A stretch of 64,000 nucleotides of DNA from the NCBI GenBank assembly GCA_001643675.2, contig LSRY02000010.1, positions 1,054,001-1,118,000 on the forward strand, given 5' to 3'. This DNA comes from Monocercomonoides exilis PA203 (lineage: Eukaryota > Protista > Preaxostyla). Made by a program: the position numbers and the translations under genes. Numbering within the stretch: position 1 is the first letter of the stretch; each line of letters begins with the position of its first letter. Below the pieces are notes generated by a model. The model was not told the origin of the DNA. It worked only from the letters and a program-made list of their open reading frames with translations, and did not search any database. This document shows, one piece after another, positions 12,733 through 26,100 of this stretch.

Positions 12733-14965
12733 TCAAATTTGAAGTGTTCTTTCCAGCTCATCCGCTGCCTTTTCTTCCCTTTCAAACGCCTCCTTCAGCC
12801 GCTGGATCATCTCCTCTTCCTGCGCCTTCAGCTCCCTCAGCTTCGCCCTGTCGTTCCGCTCTGCTTCTTCGGCCGCCTCTATTTCCTGCTGTGTTCGCCT
12901 GTGTATTTGCTCTTCTCTTTCTCTCTCTCTCCTTCTTCTCTCTTCTTCTGCTTCTCTCTTTTGCCTGTTCAGCTCATCTGCCCGCCGTTTCTTCTCCATC
13001 CTTTCCCGCTCCAGAAATGCTCGTTTGGCTTCTTCGCCTTGCTTCAGACGCTGCTTCTCTTGAAGATACAGCTCCCGCCTCTGCTGAATGATGTACTCAT
13101 TTTGCTTCTGTGATAACGGCAAATGAATGAAATATAAGGAAATGAAAAAAAAAAAAAAATGAAAACGAAGGGAAAAATAAAAAATTTCAAAATGCTTCAA
13201 AATAAAAATTAAAGGTTAATGAATAACTCTTAAAACTCTTTTGAATACTCTTCTTATTTTTATAATTTTGCTTCTGATTTTGAAAAAAAAAACAATCATA
13301 CCATTTTTTCTGTCTGCATCATCTTTTTTTCGTCCCACCGATAAGCCGCATTAGCTCCTCTTTCTCTTTCCAGCGCTTTCAACCTCTCTTCCTTCGCCCT
13401 CTCCTCTTCTTCCTTCTGTTTCTTCATTCTCTCCGCCTCTTCTTTCCTCTTCCTCAGACTCGCCTCTTTCTCTCTCGCGTTGCGCTCCTCCATCGCCATC
13501 TTCGCCAGCCTCGCCTGCATCAGCTGCACATCCGACGACACAATCATCTTCCTCCTCAGCGCCTCTGCTTTCTGCTGCGCCAGCGCCTCTCCATCCATCA
13601 TCCCTTGCGTGCTGCCCAGCGATGATCGCGTCATATCCGCAGTGGTTGAGCCAGAGCCAGAGCCAGAGCCAAAGCCAGAGCCAGCGCTGGTGGTTGTTGG
13701 GGATGACATGGAAGACGTGGTTGATGTGGTAGGTGACGTGGGTTTGTGTGCTGACGTGGATGAATATGAACCCCGCGTCTTCAATGATGCTGTGGAAGAT
13801 GAAAGAGAATAGAAAGGAAAAAGAAAAAAATGATTAAAAATAATTATAAAAGGTATATAAAAAATCAGTAAATTTCAATATATCAAATATTTATTGTGAG
13901 ATTTTCTTAATAAGCAAATATATCATCAATTTTCATTCATTCTCCAAATGTATAAACTTCAGAATTTCAAAAATTTTCAAATGACTCTCTCAAGAGACTG
14001 GACAATTGCACCATACTTTTTTCCTCTTGCTTAGAAGGAAGAGGAGGAATAGAATCAGACTGAAGAGTCGTTCTTTGAAGAAGACACGGAGATCTTGATC
14101 TGCGCTGAACTGTGGGCTGTATAGGCCCCTTACCATACGAAGAAGAAAGAGAGGAGCTTAGCCTCGAGGCTCTCGACTTGGGCCTCGAAGACCTGCGGCT
14201 TGGCGATCCCATCGATGAAGATGTTGTGCCATATGACGATTTAGTTGATCGGCGAGACATTCCTGTCGATCCAGCCGAAAGTCGGCGTCCTGCTTTGGAT
14301 GATTGTGAACTTCTAGCAGATTTTGATTGAATACTTGCCTTTTGGGGCTTGTCGCTGGGGTATGTAGAGAAATCTTCTGCATGGAACGAACTTATTTCAT
14401 TTTGATTTTGCTCGCCTTGTGATGATTCTTTTACCTCCAGTGCATTTGCAGAAGTCGAAGGCGATAAGTGTCCATATCCGTAGGATGGCGATTGTGGTGG
14501 AGTTGAAGTGTTTTGTCTGTTTTGTGGATGCTCTTTAATTCTTGGTGTAGAAGATTGTGTAAGCTGAGGAGCAGCATCTTTTTGACTTGCTGAAGTGAAA
14601 TTTAGAGAAGGGAGAGATTCACATTCTTCAGAAGGCTTTTGTGCTTGTTTTTCATTCAATTCTTTTTCTTCATTCTTTACACACTCGGGCGTTGTTGTCT
14701 GTTCAGGCTTTTCTTCTGCAACGCAATCCATGTTTGATTCTCCTGTTGAATTGTCTTCATCTTCTATTACAACTTGATTCGAGTAATATGCATTAGCGTC
14801 ATTTGCGTTGCTTTGCTTAGAATGATTAAGCTCATCAACTGAAGATACTTGATCCCCAGAAGGGAGAGGAGCTTGCATTTCTTCAGGAGGAACTTGAAAT
14901 ACAACTTCATCAGATGAAAGAGAATCTTTTCTTTCGTCCTCCTGCGAATCACTTTGTGGATCCAT
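12733..14965 (-). CDS. Hypothetical protein: Ser-rich disordered N-terminus plus E/R/K coiled-coil C-terminus, 3 exons
   Basis: Three GC-richer ORF blocks (13967-14965, 13296-13810, 12733-13110) separated by AT-rich intron-like spacers. Confidence 0.7.
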
Positions 14966-15290
14966 TTTTAGGAGATATAAAAGGCAAAAGTATTGCCAAA
15001 ATAAAGAATAATTAACCGAGTTATGCTCAAAGCGATCAAAAACAGTTCTTTTTGAAAAAGATTAAATTAAAATTTTCGTTTAATATGGAAAAAACGTCCT
15101 TCTGCAATCGGATTTAAAATAAAAATATTGCTAAAATTGTGTTGTGAAATAAAAAAAAGAAGTGAATCAAGGAAGTGAATAACAAATGGCAGGTTAATGC
15201 GTGAATAAAGTTAAAGATATAATGATTGAGTTTTTTTTTTAAAAAAAATGATCATATTGAAGATAGAAACACAGAGCAAGAGTCCAAGAA

Positions 15291-17345
15291 TTACCACGGG
15301 CGGGTGTCTCTGTACCGAGGGTGTGTTCTTGACGAAGTGCCGCTTCCGCCCAGCCCTGGAATCAGCCCAGGCGCCTTCGATGCCTCTGCGGCTGATTGTT
15401 GCTGCTGTTTTCCCGAGTAATTTCTCGTTTCCGGAAACAGCTTCTTGGCGTCCTCCTCGTAGATTCTCTCGTATTCCCTCTGGTCTTCTGGGTTGTCGAA
15501 CACTTTGTCCTTCGCGCCCATCTGCTTCTGCGCCAAGTACTCTCTCTGCATCTCCTCTGGAAACACTGCCAGTTCCTCTTCGTTCTGAATAACACCCTTT
15601 GGCAGATAGCCCCACAGCTTCACAGCATGCTCCTTCAGCAGCCTCAGCCTCTCCTCCTGGATCAGCCTGCGCCTGTCCTCCTGCCGCTTCTGCTCAGCCT
15701 CCCACTCCGCCCTCTCCGCTGCCTCCTTCGCCTTCTCCTGCTCCCGCTTCAGCTTTACCAGCCGCTCCGCCTCTCTCATATGCTCCGCCACCTTCGCTTT
15801 CCTCCGCTGCGCTGTCATCTGGTCGATTCTTTCGTCTTCGGCAAACTTCTGCATCATCGCCTCCTTCATCTTCCTGTCTTCCTCTGCCTCCCGCGCCACA
15901 CGCTCTGCTTTAGCTTTCTTCCACTCCTCCTCCGCACGCATCATCTCCTCCTGCATCCGCTGCCGCTTCAGCGCCTCTTCTTTCTCTGCTCCTCTTCTTT
16001 TCGCCTCTTCCTCTTCAAACACCAGCTCGTCCCGCAGCCTCTCCAGCTCGTCTTTCTCCGCCTTGTCGCGCGATATTGTCGCTGCAATCTGCGCATAGAG
16101 CCTCTTTTGCTCGTCTTCTTTGGCTTTTCGTTGGCGTTCGGTCTCTTCTTCCCGCTTCTCTTTCTCAATGGTGAACTTGCGTATGCGTTCGTTCTGTAAA
16201 TTTCAACCAGAAATATGCGAAATATGGTAAATCAAAGTGAATTGTGATTAAGTTAAATGAAAAGAAAAAAAGAAATATTTTTTTTTTTTTGAAAGAAATG
16301 TTATTTTTGTTTGGCATATGAACTAAAATAACAAATAAAAAACAGAACACCTCGTCTTCAATCATCTTCCGTTCTTTTTCTCTAGATTCTTCTCTCTGCT
16401 TGAAGTATTCACTTATGAATTGTTGCATTTCTTTCTGTTTTTTCATTCTTTCCATCTCTTCTCTAAAAAAAATATTCAAATTATAAATTTATTTCAATAA
16501 AAACATTATGAATTTAAAAGTTAATATTAATAAGTTCCGACAATTTTTTATACCTTTCATTTGCTTCAAGCACTTGTCGAACAGCTTCATCGACCATCTG
16601 CTTCTCTTGCAAAAATATCTCGTACTCTCTTTGCTTTTCTATTTTTATTTAAAATAAGTTCAAAAAATCATATAACATAACATGTTGTAAATCAATTACA
16701 ATGAATAAAATGAATTTTAATATACGTAATTCTCGTTCGTGCTTATGCATTTCAAGAGCTTGCTTCTCATCTTCCAGTTGCTTTAATCGTTTTTCTTCCG
16801 GATCACCTTCACGAGAAAGACGAATCTTTTCGAATTGCTCTGCTGCAAGCTCTGCTTCGCGATCTTTGATCTAAATTAATAAAAATCAAAACATTTTTTC
16901 ACAAATAGAATTATCTAAACATAATAAGCTTATTATTATCATAAGCAAACGTGCTCTTCTTCTTGAATCTGAACTTTCTCTTCTAATTGGTGGGCGCGTT
17001 CTTTATTCATGTAAGCAGCTTGAAGTTTAACTTCAAGCTCCTTAATTTCATCAGACGTTTCCCGAATACGCTTAATCTCAGCCTCTCTAGTTAATCTTTC
17101 TGCTTTTTGTCTGGCATATTCTTCTGCCAATTTTGTTTCTGCAGCTAGAGTCCTCTCGCGAAGCAATTTTTGTTTTCGATTCTGTTATTTTGTGTAAAAG
17201 TCAAGAAATTGTTTGTTCAATAAAAGTTTATGTTTTCTATAAATACCTCTTCTATTTGAGCGATGCGCGCTTCTTCTTCTTCGATTTCACGAAGCATGCG
17301 ATTTCTTCTTTTTGCAGCTGCTCTCTGATCAATCTCACTTAGCAT
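15291..17345 (-). CDS. MNS1: MNS1 (trichohyalin-plectin-homology ciliary microtubule inner protein, FAP127-like), multi-exon
   Basis: Signature segments IRETSDEIKELEVKLQAAYMNKERAHQLEEK, KFAEDERIDQMTAQRRKAKVAEH and IQEERLRLLKEHAVKLWGYLPKGV match conserved MNS1 motifs. ATG at 17345; about 7 exons. Confidence 0.85.
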
Positions 17346-17717
17346 TCAAACAGAAATATGATTTGACTAACAGTTTGATTCAAGTTATGGTTCAGAAAAT
17401 TTTAATAGGGTTATATTTTATAATTTGAAAAAAAAATGACATTGATTTGTTCCAAATGATCTCTGATGCATTATCATAATTTGTCTTTTATTCACTTATG
17501 AAGAAATTCTGAAAAACTTAATGATAAAGATAACAGTTTTTTGAAAATTTTGAATGGAACAAAATACATGCTGCAAATTATTTTTTGTCAAATGTTATGT
17601 TGACAAATTAATTTATCAAATAATCGTTCATTTCATATTTTGTTGAAGAAAAAAATAAAACAAATAATTCATAGTCGAAAAGCGAGAGAGATAGAAAACA
17701 ATTACTGAAAAATTTGA

Positions 17718-18084
17718 TGGTGAGGGAAAAAACCCGCACAAGGGAAAAAACCCGCACACATGACATTTTCTTTAGAATTAATCAATCAATTTCATATATG
17801 TGGAAGATTATTTCATTTTAACTCCGTCGCTAACTTCTTTTAGTCCAATATTACGCATTTCAATTTAAAAAATCAAAAACAAAAAATATTGATCAAAAGA
17901 TCAAAAAAGATCAATATTTTTTGTTTTTGATTTTTTTATTGAAATACGTAATATTGGACTAAAAGAAGTTAGCGACGGAGTTAAAATGAAATAATCTTCC
18001 ACATATATGAAATTGATTGATTAATTCTAAAGAAAATGTCATGTGTGCGGGTTTTTTCCCTTGTGCGGGTTTTTTCCCTCACCA
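17718..18084. mobile_element. Palindromic MITE (~367 bp) with near-perfect ~175-bp arms
   Basis: tggtgagggaaaaaacccgcacaagggaaaaaacccgcaca...gatc is mirrored by gatc...tgtgcgggttttttcccttgtgcgggttttttccctcacca, with a ~14-bp spacer. Flanks read as a TGA 3-bp TSD, or as an AT 2-bp TSD with GG...CC termini. Confidence 0.88.
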
Positions 18085-18221
18085 TGAGATCAAATCAAAT
18101 AAAGCAATTTGCAAGATTTCTTCTCTTCCAACATGTTTCTATTTGCTTTTCTGCTCATATACTGCTACGCATTTAGCCTTCTCAATTTTCTCTTTAACGT
18201 TCAATTTCCTCTTTTCAAATT

Positions 18222-19229
18222 AGGGTCAACTTTTTAATGGGACTATTTCCCTTATTGGCACTTTTTTTGTTTTTGACTGTAAACTTTCAACAAACGTTGA
18301 TTGGCTTTCAGTACTTCAAAAAACCTTTTTTACAAGTTTAACACAATTTATTTACAGTTTGTTTTTTAATTTTTGCTTATTACACATTGAGAAATTACGT
18401 TTTTTTGTTAAATTTGAAAGGACTTTTACCAGCCAACTAGGCAACGTCCAAGAAATTGGATACATGTTTTGAATAGCAAATACTATTATCTAACTACTTT
18501 TAAATTCTTTTTTTCATAAACACTTTTTTCTTGTTTTTTTCACATTTCATTTTTTTAACAACATTCTAACATAAAACCGATTATTTCTTTGTTAATATAA
18601 TGAAATGATAAAAATAAAAATTTGATATGAAAAACAAATAGTCTAATAATAAAGTATTTGAAAAATGAAACATTTATTTTTTCTATTTAACTAAAACGGA
18701 CAAATGGCGCTTTCTTAAAATAATCGATGATCAAGTATTTGTAAATAAGTTAAGTTCTTGACAAATAGAAAAAATTAATGTTCCATTTTTCAAATACTTT
18801 ATTATTAGACTATTTGTTTTTCATATCAAATTTTTATTTTTATCATTTCATTATATTAACAAAGAAATAATCGGTTTTATGTTAGAATGTTGTTAAAAAA
18901 ATGAAATGTGAAAAAAACAAGAAAAAAGTGTTTATGAAAAAAAGAATTTAAAAGTAGTTAGATAATAGTATTTGCTATTCAAAACATGTATCCAATTTCT
19001 TGGACGTTGCCTAGTTGGCTGGTAAAAGTCCTTTCAAATTTAACAAAAAAACGTAATTTCTCAATGTGTAATAAGCAAAAATTAAAAAACAAACTGTAAA
19101 TAAATTGTGTTAAACTTGTAAAAAAGGTTTTTTGAAGTACTGAAAGCCAATCAACGTTTGTTGAAAGTTTACAGTCAAAAACAAAAAAAGTGCCAATAAG
19201 GGAAATAGTCCCATTAAAAAGTTGACCCT
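18222..19229. mobile_element. Foldback-like palindromic non-autonomous DNA transposon (~1.0 kb), ~465-bp near-perfect arms
   Basis: agggtcaactttttaatgggactatttccc... (18222-~18688) is the reverse complement of ~18763-19229 (...gggaaatagtcccattaaaaagttgaccct), with a ~75-bp spacer. Flanked by ATT on both sides (or TA if the ends are GGG...CCC). Confidence 0.9.
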
Positions 19230-20117
19230 ATTATAATCTTTCGCAATGATAAATATTCAACATGAATAAAAAAAAACTGTTTGATCTTGTTTCAATTGAA
19301 GCTACATTTGTTTTCTTATTTGTGCATGTTTCCTCTCTTCAGTTTTGCATCTCGCTTTGAATGAGCATTTGCATCAAATAAATGTGAAAATCAGAATACT
19401 TCCATTTCGTTTCGATCAAATGGCCCGATTTTTCCTTTGAGAATATTTGATAGTTTTCTGTTTTTGACAAAAATAAAGAATGCAGATTTTGGCTTTTTGC
19501 CATATTCACCATTTATTTTTTCCACGCAATTCGCATGATTATATCTTTTGTTGCAATAACAACATACACAGCACAATATCTCAAAAACAGAACAGAAAAC
19601 GCATTGCACATGCAATAATGAAGGTGCTGACAAAAAATATGAATAAATACATACATAAACACAACAATGATCAGAAAACATAGAAAGGATTCAATACATA
19701 TTGGCGAAGTGAAATACATACACACTCTGCTTCTGAAAAAAATCAAAATGTTCAAAAATGAACCGCAAGCCAAATCAGCCAATGCCCACCCACAAAATAG
19801 GTCAGCATTTGCACCCCAAACAACAAAACAGAAACCCTCAACACCCACATCTCTTTTTCATTCTCCTCATTCGAGAACGCTCAAATCCCAACACAAAACA
19901 TACAAACGGCTTGCTGCCTTCCTCTCCTGCTTTATTAAGCAACTCACTCTTCCTTTCACAAAATATCATCTTTCCTGTTTTTTCCCCTCTTCTAACACCA
20001 AATCAAATCTTGCAACCCTGTTCTTTTCCCAACTTCACTCTTCCTCCAACCAGTCTCCAATCACACCCAAATCCACATCTTTTCTTTTCCACATTTCATC
20101 TCCAATAATTCTCTTCA

Positions 20118-23100
20118 TCAGCCCCTTTTCATCCCTTTCCACATTTCTTCAAAAGCTCTTGCAATCTTTTCTTCTTCTTTTCCTTCTTCTTCTTCTTCTT
20201 CCTCTTCTCCTTCATCTTCATCTCCTTTTCCATCTCCCTCTTTATCCTCTTCTTCCTCAATTTCATCTTCTTCCCCATTTTCAATCATCCCAGTTGCCCC
20301 AATCGCATCTGACATCGTCACCATCTTTGCCTCCGCTGGAAAAATCTCCAGCAGTTCTCTCCTCACCTCCACAACCCCTGGCCTGTCTTTCCCTTGCGCT
20401 GAAATGCAACTCCCCACAACACTAAACAACACACTTCCCCGAATCTCCTCCACATCTGGCCTCTCCCCATTCATTATCTTCTGCCCTGCAATCACTGCCT
20501 CATACTCCCCAAACGGCACCTTCAATGTCAGACACTCCCACAACATCATCCCAATCGAAAACACCACTGACTTCTTTGTTACTCCCATCTTCTTGTTCAT
20601 CAGCAGCTCTGGTGCCTTCCACCTCAAGCACTCTTTTTTGAAACTATCTTCATCCTCAAACGCGGATGAAGGAAGCGAGTCACTATCATCATTATCACTG
20701 GCAGATGTGACAACAGTTGATGAAGAGATGGATGAAGTGTCTGAGTCTGATGAGCAATCCGAATGAAGTGCAATGCAGATCACCATGTGCTCAGAGAACA
20801 ATACAATGTGAGGACTCAGATTGGCCAATGACTGAAGAGGATTTTCCATTTCATCAAATGAATGAAGCGCAAGATTAGCAACCCAGAACAGGATCTGGGC
20901 AGCTGTCTGCTCCCTCTCCTGAAGAGTTCCAATTGTCATCTCCTTTGTCTTATTCCTTCCATGAAGAAGCATGAACAGCGAATCCCTCAAGTCCACAATC
21001 AGCTTCTCATGTGGGGACGAACATGCCATTGCATCCACCAGATTCGACATCGATGAGGTGGTTGGACACAAATCCTCTCCTCGAACAAATGTTGATTCTG
21101 AGTCTGTTGAAGTAAGTGATGGTGATGGTGATGGTGTTTGCTTTCTTGTCTCTTCTTTATCATCTACCTTCTCCAGTGCCCATTCAGGTATCTTGTCTGA
21201 ATCTCTCCCCAAAATGTATTCAGTAGAGCCACTATCACTCAATAAATGTTCTGATGACTCCGAATGTCCCAAGCTTTTCTCATACACCCTCTTCTTCATC
21301 CTCTCCTCATTTTTCTTCTCTGCCTCCCTCTCCGCTCTCCTCCATTGCTCCTCTGGTGATATCTCCATCGTCACCATCTCAATCAGCTTCGGATCCTTTT
21401 TAATATTGTCTTCCACGATTATCTCCAATTCTTCTGTTCGTCTCTTTTGCTTCTTCCATCTAACAGCAAGGATAATAGACACAACAAGAACTATTAAGAA
21501 CATAACAATAAATATAACTGCAATTATTAAAGCCCATGATTTTTCTTCTTTTCCTCCTTCAACAATTCTTTCATTTCCACTTGTCTGACCTTCGCTCCTA
21601 TTCTTCAGAATGATTGAATTTGTTGATGATGGAGATTCTGCATTCCCAAACAAAATGCACACACTCATTTCTGTTTCATCTCCACAATTGCTGATGAGAT
21701 CTTTTCCCACGCTTCCTTCAACTTCTCTTTCGGACAAGAATCCACTTGAATCAAAATTATGTTTTTCAATCTCTTTCTCTTCTCCCTTCCTCTTCGTAAT
21801 TGAAAAGGATAGATTGCATGGAACAAGAAGCAATCCTTTGAATGTCAGCTTCATTCTATCTGTCTCTTCCTTTGCTTCCACACTTTCCAGAGCAGGAATG
21901 AAGAAAGATGAATCTCTCTCTGAAATAATCCCTTCAAAACTGCACCCATCATTAAACATCCAAAGTGATGTGTTTGGCAAAACTCCATCTCCTCCTTTCA
22001 AACTCATCACATTCAATGTTCCTGAATCTGAACAGATGATATTTTTTCTCAGTGATGGATATCCTTCAATTGATGGATTATTGTCAATGAACTCTCCTTT
22101 CTCAATTATCATATTTCCTCCACTCATTGTTATTCCACCTTCTGGTGAATTTGCAATTGTTGAATCTTTCATCACCACAGAACTCTTGGTGATATCCACA
22201 AGAGATCCATCCAATCTGCACATCTCTTCTTCTGTATTTGTATTCTTTTCATTTCTCTCATTTGAACTTCCATCAAAAATGCAACTGTCCATTTTCACAT
22301 CCAAGCAATTCTCCAACTTCATCAATTTCCCTTTTGCTTTGTTTGAGCCGGCTCCACCAATTGTGCAATTTGCCAATTGCATCTTCTTTTTCATTGACAA
22401 GCACGAGATCAATGATTCTTCATTTCCTTCAACTGTGATATTCTCTGTATTGAAATCCTCAAGTGTAAATTGACCACATTCATTAATGTCTATCAGAGAA
22501 ATTTCAATTGTTGAATTGCAGAATGTTAATGAATCAAGAACTGATGGAAGTTGAGAAGAAAGATATAATGCAGATTTATGGAGCGCCAGATTTGACAAAG
22601 AACATCCGTCAAGTTGTAATTCTCCTTTTGCCATGTTGAAAATGTGAAATGGAATGTTTGCAAAATCAGCATTTTCTCCTTCAGTCAATTGTTTTGTTGT
22701 GAATGAACAATTCATAATTTCAAGAATCCCTCCTTCTGGTGAAATAAGTGACTCGTGAGAAGAGGTGAAATTCGAATCAAACACAAAATTCACTCTCAAC
22801 AATGAAACTTCTCCTGTTGTTGATATCACTGAATCCTTTGTTTTTTCAATCTCTGATTTAATTTCAACTTCACACATTTTTCTGCTTTTTGAGCTCAAAC
22901 TCATCTCCTCCAGATTTATCTCACAGCCAATCACACTCTCATCAACAACAATCACTTGACTCATGAAATCTGAAGTCAGATGCATCAGTCCATGATCAAT
23001 CGAATAACATGGAAGTGTATTTGTTCCACACTGTTTTTCATCTGATCCATTCACACCGCTCACAATGATTGTGTCACTCTGATGGATAGTTATAAAGCCA

Positions 23101-26100
23101 ATCAGATCTGTATCATTTGGATAATCACACTCATCTCTTCCATATATCGCATTTATTCGCGAATAATGATTCTCTCGAAGATCAAACCGAAATTGGGTTT
23201 CATTGATTTGCGATGAGATGTTGAAGCATTCAATGAAAACATCATTCCCCACACTTGCTGTGTTTGCATTGAACTTCATTCCCATAAATGCGAAATTGAG
23301 AAACCCTGTTTCCTTTGTTGCCAAATACACTCCTCCTCCTCTTCCTGTGCTATTGTTGCAGCTGCAATGGCTGATTGTTAATTCAATCATCTTCATTGAT
23401 CCAGATGCTCCCAATGTGAAGAATATTGCCCCTCCTTTCTCACTTGTTTCTGCTTTGTCTTCTGTTATGCTGCTCTCATTCACAACAAAATCTATCTTTT
23501 TCTCGCTCATTGACTCCAAAATGCTTGCTCCATTGTCGCTCCTCTTCACTCCTGAAAATGATGATTTCTCAATCTCAATAATTACATATTCTTCATTCAC
23601 TCCTTCATTTGTCTTCAATCCTGCTTCAGATTTCTTTATTGACAAAATGCATCCTTTGCTTTCATTCAACGATTCTACTCGAACATTCACAAAATGGCAA
23701 TAGACTCCAGCATCGTTTATAACAAAAATGTTTTTTCCAACATTGCATGATTCCATTGACAAATCATTCACTTCCACACTTCCTCCAATCGCATCCACAA
23801 ACACACAATCAAATCCATTGTTTACTCTTGCCTCTGAATGGAATGAACATCCAGTAATGACCAAATCTCCTTCTTTGTTTGAAATAATTGTTTTGGCTGA
23901 ATTGTCAAATCCAGATGCCAGTTTCAGTTGGATATTCATCAATTCAAGATGAATGTTATTCACCATGAAATATTCCAGTTGATTTCCAACTGCCTTTTCA
24001 AAATTCAAAGTTGCTTTTATATCTTCCTCTCCCATTGACACAGCCTTTTTTATCTGGTAATTGGACAGGTCATATGAATCTTGAATAATTGTTGATCCTT
24101 CAATTTGAATTGTTTTCATTCCACTTCCCTTTTCCATGTTTTCCATCCCTTTCCACATTGATTGACATGGTTCTTTCACACTTCCACAACGCACCACATC
24201 AAATCCACTCGATGAGATAAATATCTCAGTTGAGCTGAATGGAATCAGAAACATGAACAAATCCTTTTCATCCTGAAAATCATCACTTCCAACAAACAAA
24301 TTGTCATCATCTATCATTGACAAGTAATTAAATTTGAATAAATCATTTGTCACAGAAGAATTAAAATCCTTTCCCAAAATGAACATGTTCTTTCCAATGG
24401 CTGCTTTATTGTTTTCAAAAGTAATTCCAGCATCAAAAAGAAATGGCTTTTCATTCAAGCAATTTTGGCAATCCAAATGCAAGAATCCACCTTTTCCATT
24501 TCCTGATGAAAGTGAACACGATGATGCATTTGTTGATTTTATCACCAATTCTTCATTCCCTTTCAATGTCACCCTTGCAACACCTCCTTCTTCACTTCTT
24601 GAGTTCTCAATATTTGAAAAGTTGTTGTTTTCAAGCAAAACAGAAGAAGATAATACCAATGGAGATTTGGAAAATGAACAATCTTTCAGACTGCATCCTT
24701 TCAATGTGCAACTTCCAGTTGTTGTGGATATCAACGAATATTGAACAATATCTGATGATGATTGAATTTCAAATAAACAGTTTACGAGCTGAAGAACTCC
24801 AATCGATGTAACCAATGAATTCATTTTTGGCTCAAATTGACTTGGAATTTGGAGCTTCAAAGACAACAAGATGAGTGAAACTGTTGATGAAATAACAGAT
24901 GAAGTTGATGAAGAATCCCCATTGATTGCACCTTCAAAATGAATAGGCTTGTGTTGAATTTCATCTCCTTCATTCACACACCTTTCAATCACAAGTGCAT
25001 CTGTGAAGGAATAAATATCCTCAATTGTCCCTTCATCTTTCACTTTCACTTTCCTTTCTCCTTCCCCTCCAGTCATGTTAATGTGGTTTATTCCACTACA
25101 CATCGATTGACATGGGAATATTTCACTTCCACATCCCAATGTGTCATGGCCACCAGTCGACACAGTCACCTCCACCCACTTCAGTTCAACAAGAAACACT
25201 CGAAGATCCATTTCCCCATATTTCCCATCTTCCCCAACAAAAGCATTCCCATCCTCCTTGTAACCCGAGAAGTCAAGTGCAAAACGCTCTGTATTCACAC
25301 CGTTAACCAGATTCTCACACTTCACAAACATGTTCTTCCCAACTGTTGCTTTGCATTCAGAAAATGATATCGATGAAAGCTGAAAACCTCCTTCATTCAG
25401 ACTGCAATCCAGATATATCCCTCCTCCTTTTCCACCATCGCTGGCACCCTCACTCACGCAGCAGGTGGAGAAGGTGGAATCACTCACCGAAAATGTGTTC
25501 GCAGGGGTAGATGAGGCGAATGAGATGCATCCGCCATTGGTGGCAGTCTGTTGGCTCAACTGTTCAGAGTTGATGTTGGTGATGGTGCAGTTGGCGATGG
25601 CGAGAGTGAGGGCAGGGGAGGTGGTGGAGGAGAGGACACAGCTGGTGGGGGAAGCTGTGGAGGTGATGTGGGTGATGTTGGAGGAGTTGAGAGTGAGGGG
25701 AGCGGTAAGAGAGGCGAGGTGGAAGATGCTTTGGCTGTTGAGGGGGAGACAAGTGATTGCTGTGTGGTTGAGGAAGAGGGAGCCAGCAGTGAGGAAGAAG
25801 AGGGGAGTTTTTATTGTTATGGAGGTTGTTCCGGTGATGGTGGTTGTGTTGAGGTTGAGGGAAGGTGAGTTTTCGGAGATGTGGAAGAGGATGGGGGTGA
25901 TGGGATTTGTGGAGTTGTGGGTGATGGCGAGGGCAGAGACTGTGAGGGAGCCCTGGGTCTGTTGGAAGAGGGCAGACGAGGCAGATGGATCTGGTGAAGA
26001 AGATGCAGATGAAAATGATGAAAATGATGAAAATGATGATGATGACTGTGATGATTGTGAATATGAGTTTGGTGGTTGTGGAATACCACTGGAGGCAATG

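Noticed and set aside
15211-16199. Plus-strand and alternative-frame ORFs up to 267 aa
   Set aside because: Antisense shadows of the GC-rich coiled-coil MNS1 exon.
17725-17760. Short direct repeats here and at 32543-32590 as possible CRISPR-like arrays
   Set aside because: Only 2-3 adjacent copies with no spacers, eukaryotic context; explained as transposon subterminal repeats.
19667-20425. 252-aa plus-strand ORF overlapping the receptor 3' end
   Set aside because: Low-complexity, antisense to the acidic tail and 3' UTR of the 2680-aa gene; no motif.
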